Positions 60,957 to 64,000 of a DNA stretch of 64,000 nucleotides are shown here, piece after piece. The DNA is from the human T2T-CHM13v2.0 reference genome, Homo sapiens. The first letter of the stretch is position 1, and every line of letters starts with the position of its first letter. The stretch lies in NCBI RefSeq assembly GCF_009914755.1, contig NC_060932.1; one strand, given 5' to 3'. A model generated the notes under the pieces. That model was given only the letters and a program-made list of their open reading frames with translations, was not told the DNA's origin and did no database searches. The position numbers and the translations under genes were made by a program.

Positions 60957-61671
60957 ATGACATAAGACTGTGTTTATTAAGTCAGAAACCTCAAAAGCAG
61001 ATGCCAAATATGTATGAATATGCTTAGTACACTTTAATGATGTTCCACATTGCATAAGGCAGGACTTTAAACATCACCAAGAAAGATGTAGAAGTTTGTC
61101 TTTATGTCTTGGTTAAGACAAAGTTTTTAAATGTCTTGCTAATGATGGTAGTTTTATATTTAATTAGCTTATATGAAAGGTATAATAAACACATAGGAAA
61201 AGTTTTATGATTCATAATGTTTTAGGTAATAATGGACAAAATTTATCATTAATAATATTTTGAATGGTTTTCTTGAAGCACTGTTTTTACTTATGTGAGC
61301 CAAACGAGGAGTCACTTCTGCCATTTTCTTGTTATTTATGCTAACATTACTAGTGTTACACGTAACCCATGTTTTCTTTGCAGGAGTCTTTTCAACTCAT
61401 TTATCATTTTGGGAATATTAGCTTACATAAAACCAGATGTTGCAATTCACATATTTAATTAAGCATGCATAAACCACAAAACATTGCCAAATGCTAGAAA
61501 TAAGTGACCTAGTGAAGGTGCCTCTGTCAATCCTCCATGTTGTTGAATTTCTACTTCTCCCTCATTTATGGGAAGTGACAATGATCATCTGACATATAGC
61601 ATAAATTGGGGTGCAAGTATTATTGCACATTAAATATTAATAAATCTTAGTTTCTTTATTTTCAAGTATTT

Positions 61672-61840
61672 TGACAGATTTTTATCTTCAGAACAGTTTT
61701 ATATTTATGGAAAAATTGAGAAGACAGAGGAGAGTTCTCATATATCCCTCACTTACTTTCCCCATTGTTAATCTTGTTCATTACACATGATACATCAGTT
61801 AGTGAAACAATATGGATTTATTGTTATCAACTAACTTAAT
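61672..61840 (-). mobile_element. L1MC/MD 3' terminal fragment
   Basis: agaacagttttatatttatggaaaaattgagaagacagaggagagttctcatatatccc. Confidence 0.6.
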
Positions 61841-62636
61841 TTCTTTTAAAATTTTTAAACAAAAACTAAATAGAAATAAAAGTTCTACTATTCTCTGCCT
61901 GTGCCTCCATGGACGTTCTTGTATACAGCAAATGTAATGCATGTAAACTACAACCCCCAGAATGCACTGTTGCTAAGACCCTTTCTGGTTCCTCACTTAT
62001 TCCCTGGGTACAACATCCCTAGTCTCTCACCTCCTTCACCATCTTCTCACCCCCTCCCTTGTCTTCTCTAGTGTTTTTTGGAATTTTCCATCTCTGCCTG
62101 AATTTAGAAAGGTGGTGGGTTGCAGACAGGTGGAGATGAGAACAGGACCATGAAACTCGGGTAATTTCCAGAGAAGCCTACATGGGATAGAGAACACCTG
62201 TCTGCCTATTTTATAGTCCCTCTGAGCCTGGGTTCATGAGCCAGAGAACATTTGTTCAGGAGGTGCGAACCATCTTCATCTCTGTTTTTGCAGATGGTAT
62301 CTAATTTGTGAGCCAAGCCTGAGTGTGCCGTTAGTAAAAGCATGGTGGGTTATTCTCAGCCCGGCTCCATCTGCTTTATAATTATTGTCACTTCTTCCAA
62401 GATTCTGGCATTGAGTTGTCAGTCTTCGTTTGTAACTGGCTTTCCTTTGGCTTTGTGGACATCTCAGCAAGGGGTTTGGAAAGGTTGATTTGAGGCTGTT
62501 AGCCAGGCACCATTTAGAACCAGAAGTCTCTTTGGCTTACTATGGAAATTCCCCAAATAGCTCTATCTGGGGATTGAGAAAGCCTAATGAGATAGAGGGG
62601 CTGGCTGGCTGACAATAAGAGTCTGCCAAATTAGAT

Positions 62637-63288
62637 GTGTTATTAGAAATAAAACAGATTCTGAGTAGCCAAAAAGGCACTGCACAAATAACACACTTTG
62701 CTCACTACAGAAAAGGTAAGTTAGTTTAGCTTTCTTCCACAAGGGGAAATGCACCCCATAGGACACGTTAGACATCTCAGTAAGAGAGAGTGGGTGGGGG
62801 CTTCTTGTAGATTTCAGTGCATTCTAGGTGATTCTAATGAGAGTTTAAGGCAGTGGGGGCCAGTTCTGGATTGGATTTTGTCTAGAAGTAAAAACAATTT
62901 GGTGATGGGTCATCATAATATTTATCTGGAGGCAGGAGGATGAGAACAAGTTGGCATTGATAAGGAGCAGTAACACACATTTGCATGGTGCATTATGAAG
63001 CTATGGTTCAAGGCAAGAATAAATACTTTCTATGACGTTTTCAGCTCAAATAGCAATGAAGATTTTTACTTTAAGAAGCAAACAAGTAAACAAGCAGTAA
63101 CCAATGCGTAAGTTGGAAGAGGGGGCTGTTTAGTCATTTTGTGGTTGTAGAGTGGCCTTATGTCTGGCTTGTTTACTCATGATCCTGGAATGGCTTTTTC
63201 TGAGCTTTGCTTGTCTTCCGGGAGTATGTTTACATTCTGTTAGGACCATCACAGCCTGACTGCCAGCACCATTTTTCACTATCTCACA
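62637..63288 (-). mobile_element. Probable old ERV LTR, family not assigned
   Basis: TG..CA-bounded ~650-bp block with LTR-like composition, followed directly by a MIR fragment (63290-63400). Confidence 0.35.
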
Positions 63289-64000
63289 TATTATCTTTTT
63301 ATTCTATGCAACAAGTCTTTGATTGTAGGTAGTATTTTCATCATTGCATATTCCAGATGTGGAAATGAGTCAAAAGAGAGATTCAACAACCTATTCTCAT
63401 GTTGTTAACCACTGAAATACTAGAGCCTGGTGGGGAGAGCTTTTCTGTTGTTCTTCCAGGTATATCAGATGTCTAGGATTTTGGCCCAGTGCAGTTCGTG
63501 ATCAGTTCTAAACTGATCATGGGTTTACTATTTGAGTCATCATAGAATTGTCTGAACTGTTGAGTGCTAAAAACTTAGGGCAGAAAAGGAAGATGATATA
63601 TTAGGCTCCAGTGACTATTAATCATCATTATGCTGCCTGATGGCCTTGGATAAGCTACACCTTAGATTGAAACTGGAACTTAGAGAGTGTGCTCCAAGAG
63701 ATATAGTGACAGTTGCTAAGCAAAGGGGTTGTATTTTAATAATAAAAGTCCTTCTGCCTGAGAGCTTAGATAAGATGTTCTCCCCATTACATCATGTTCT
63801 GGGCTATAAGACAGATCATCTGGTGGTCTGAGACCACTGAATATAGACACAGGTAGGAAGCTGTAAGGAAGAAAGCTAAACTTGCTCCTTTGTGACTGAG
63901 GGCATTTATCTTGAGGTTGGAAACACATATGTGGGCAGTGTAACTCCATGCCTGATGTGGCTGCATATGTTTCTACTCTGCTTCTATTTCCAACTCCAAA

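Overview
Primate, almost certainly human, repeat-rich intergenic or intronic DNA. No cellular protein-coding exon, tRNA, rRNA or CRISPR array is recognisable, and nearly all short ORFs in the track are chance ORFs or come from repeats. The dominant feature is a full-length L1HS-Ta (Ta-0 type) LINE-1 at 48477-54505 (+) with a perfect 15-bp TSD, intact ORF1, intact antisense ORF0 and an ORF2 broken only by one CGA>TGA nonsense change at codon 550. It sits inside an ERV1 LTR that itself interrupts a MIR. The rest is a mosaic of Alu (J/S/Y), older L1 (PA/PB/MA/MB/MC/ME), L2, MIR, MaLR/ERV LTRs (including a complete two-LTR MST element) and hAT MITEs. The most notable structures not explained by plain repeat annotation are: (i) a ~424-bp palindrome with 108-bp identical arms inside an old L1PB (46451-46874); (ii) an old ~205-bp direct duplication carrying a shrunken MER81-like MITE (22965-23170 / 26997-27200); (iii) a non-repeat CpG-rich promoter-like patch with two abutting palindromes (57481-57720); (iv) a twin-primed L1MA containing a locally templated inverted insert. 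Repeat subfamily names come from recalled consensus sequences, not a database search, and boundaries of old elements are approximate. I see no support for a wholly new multi-gene system.
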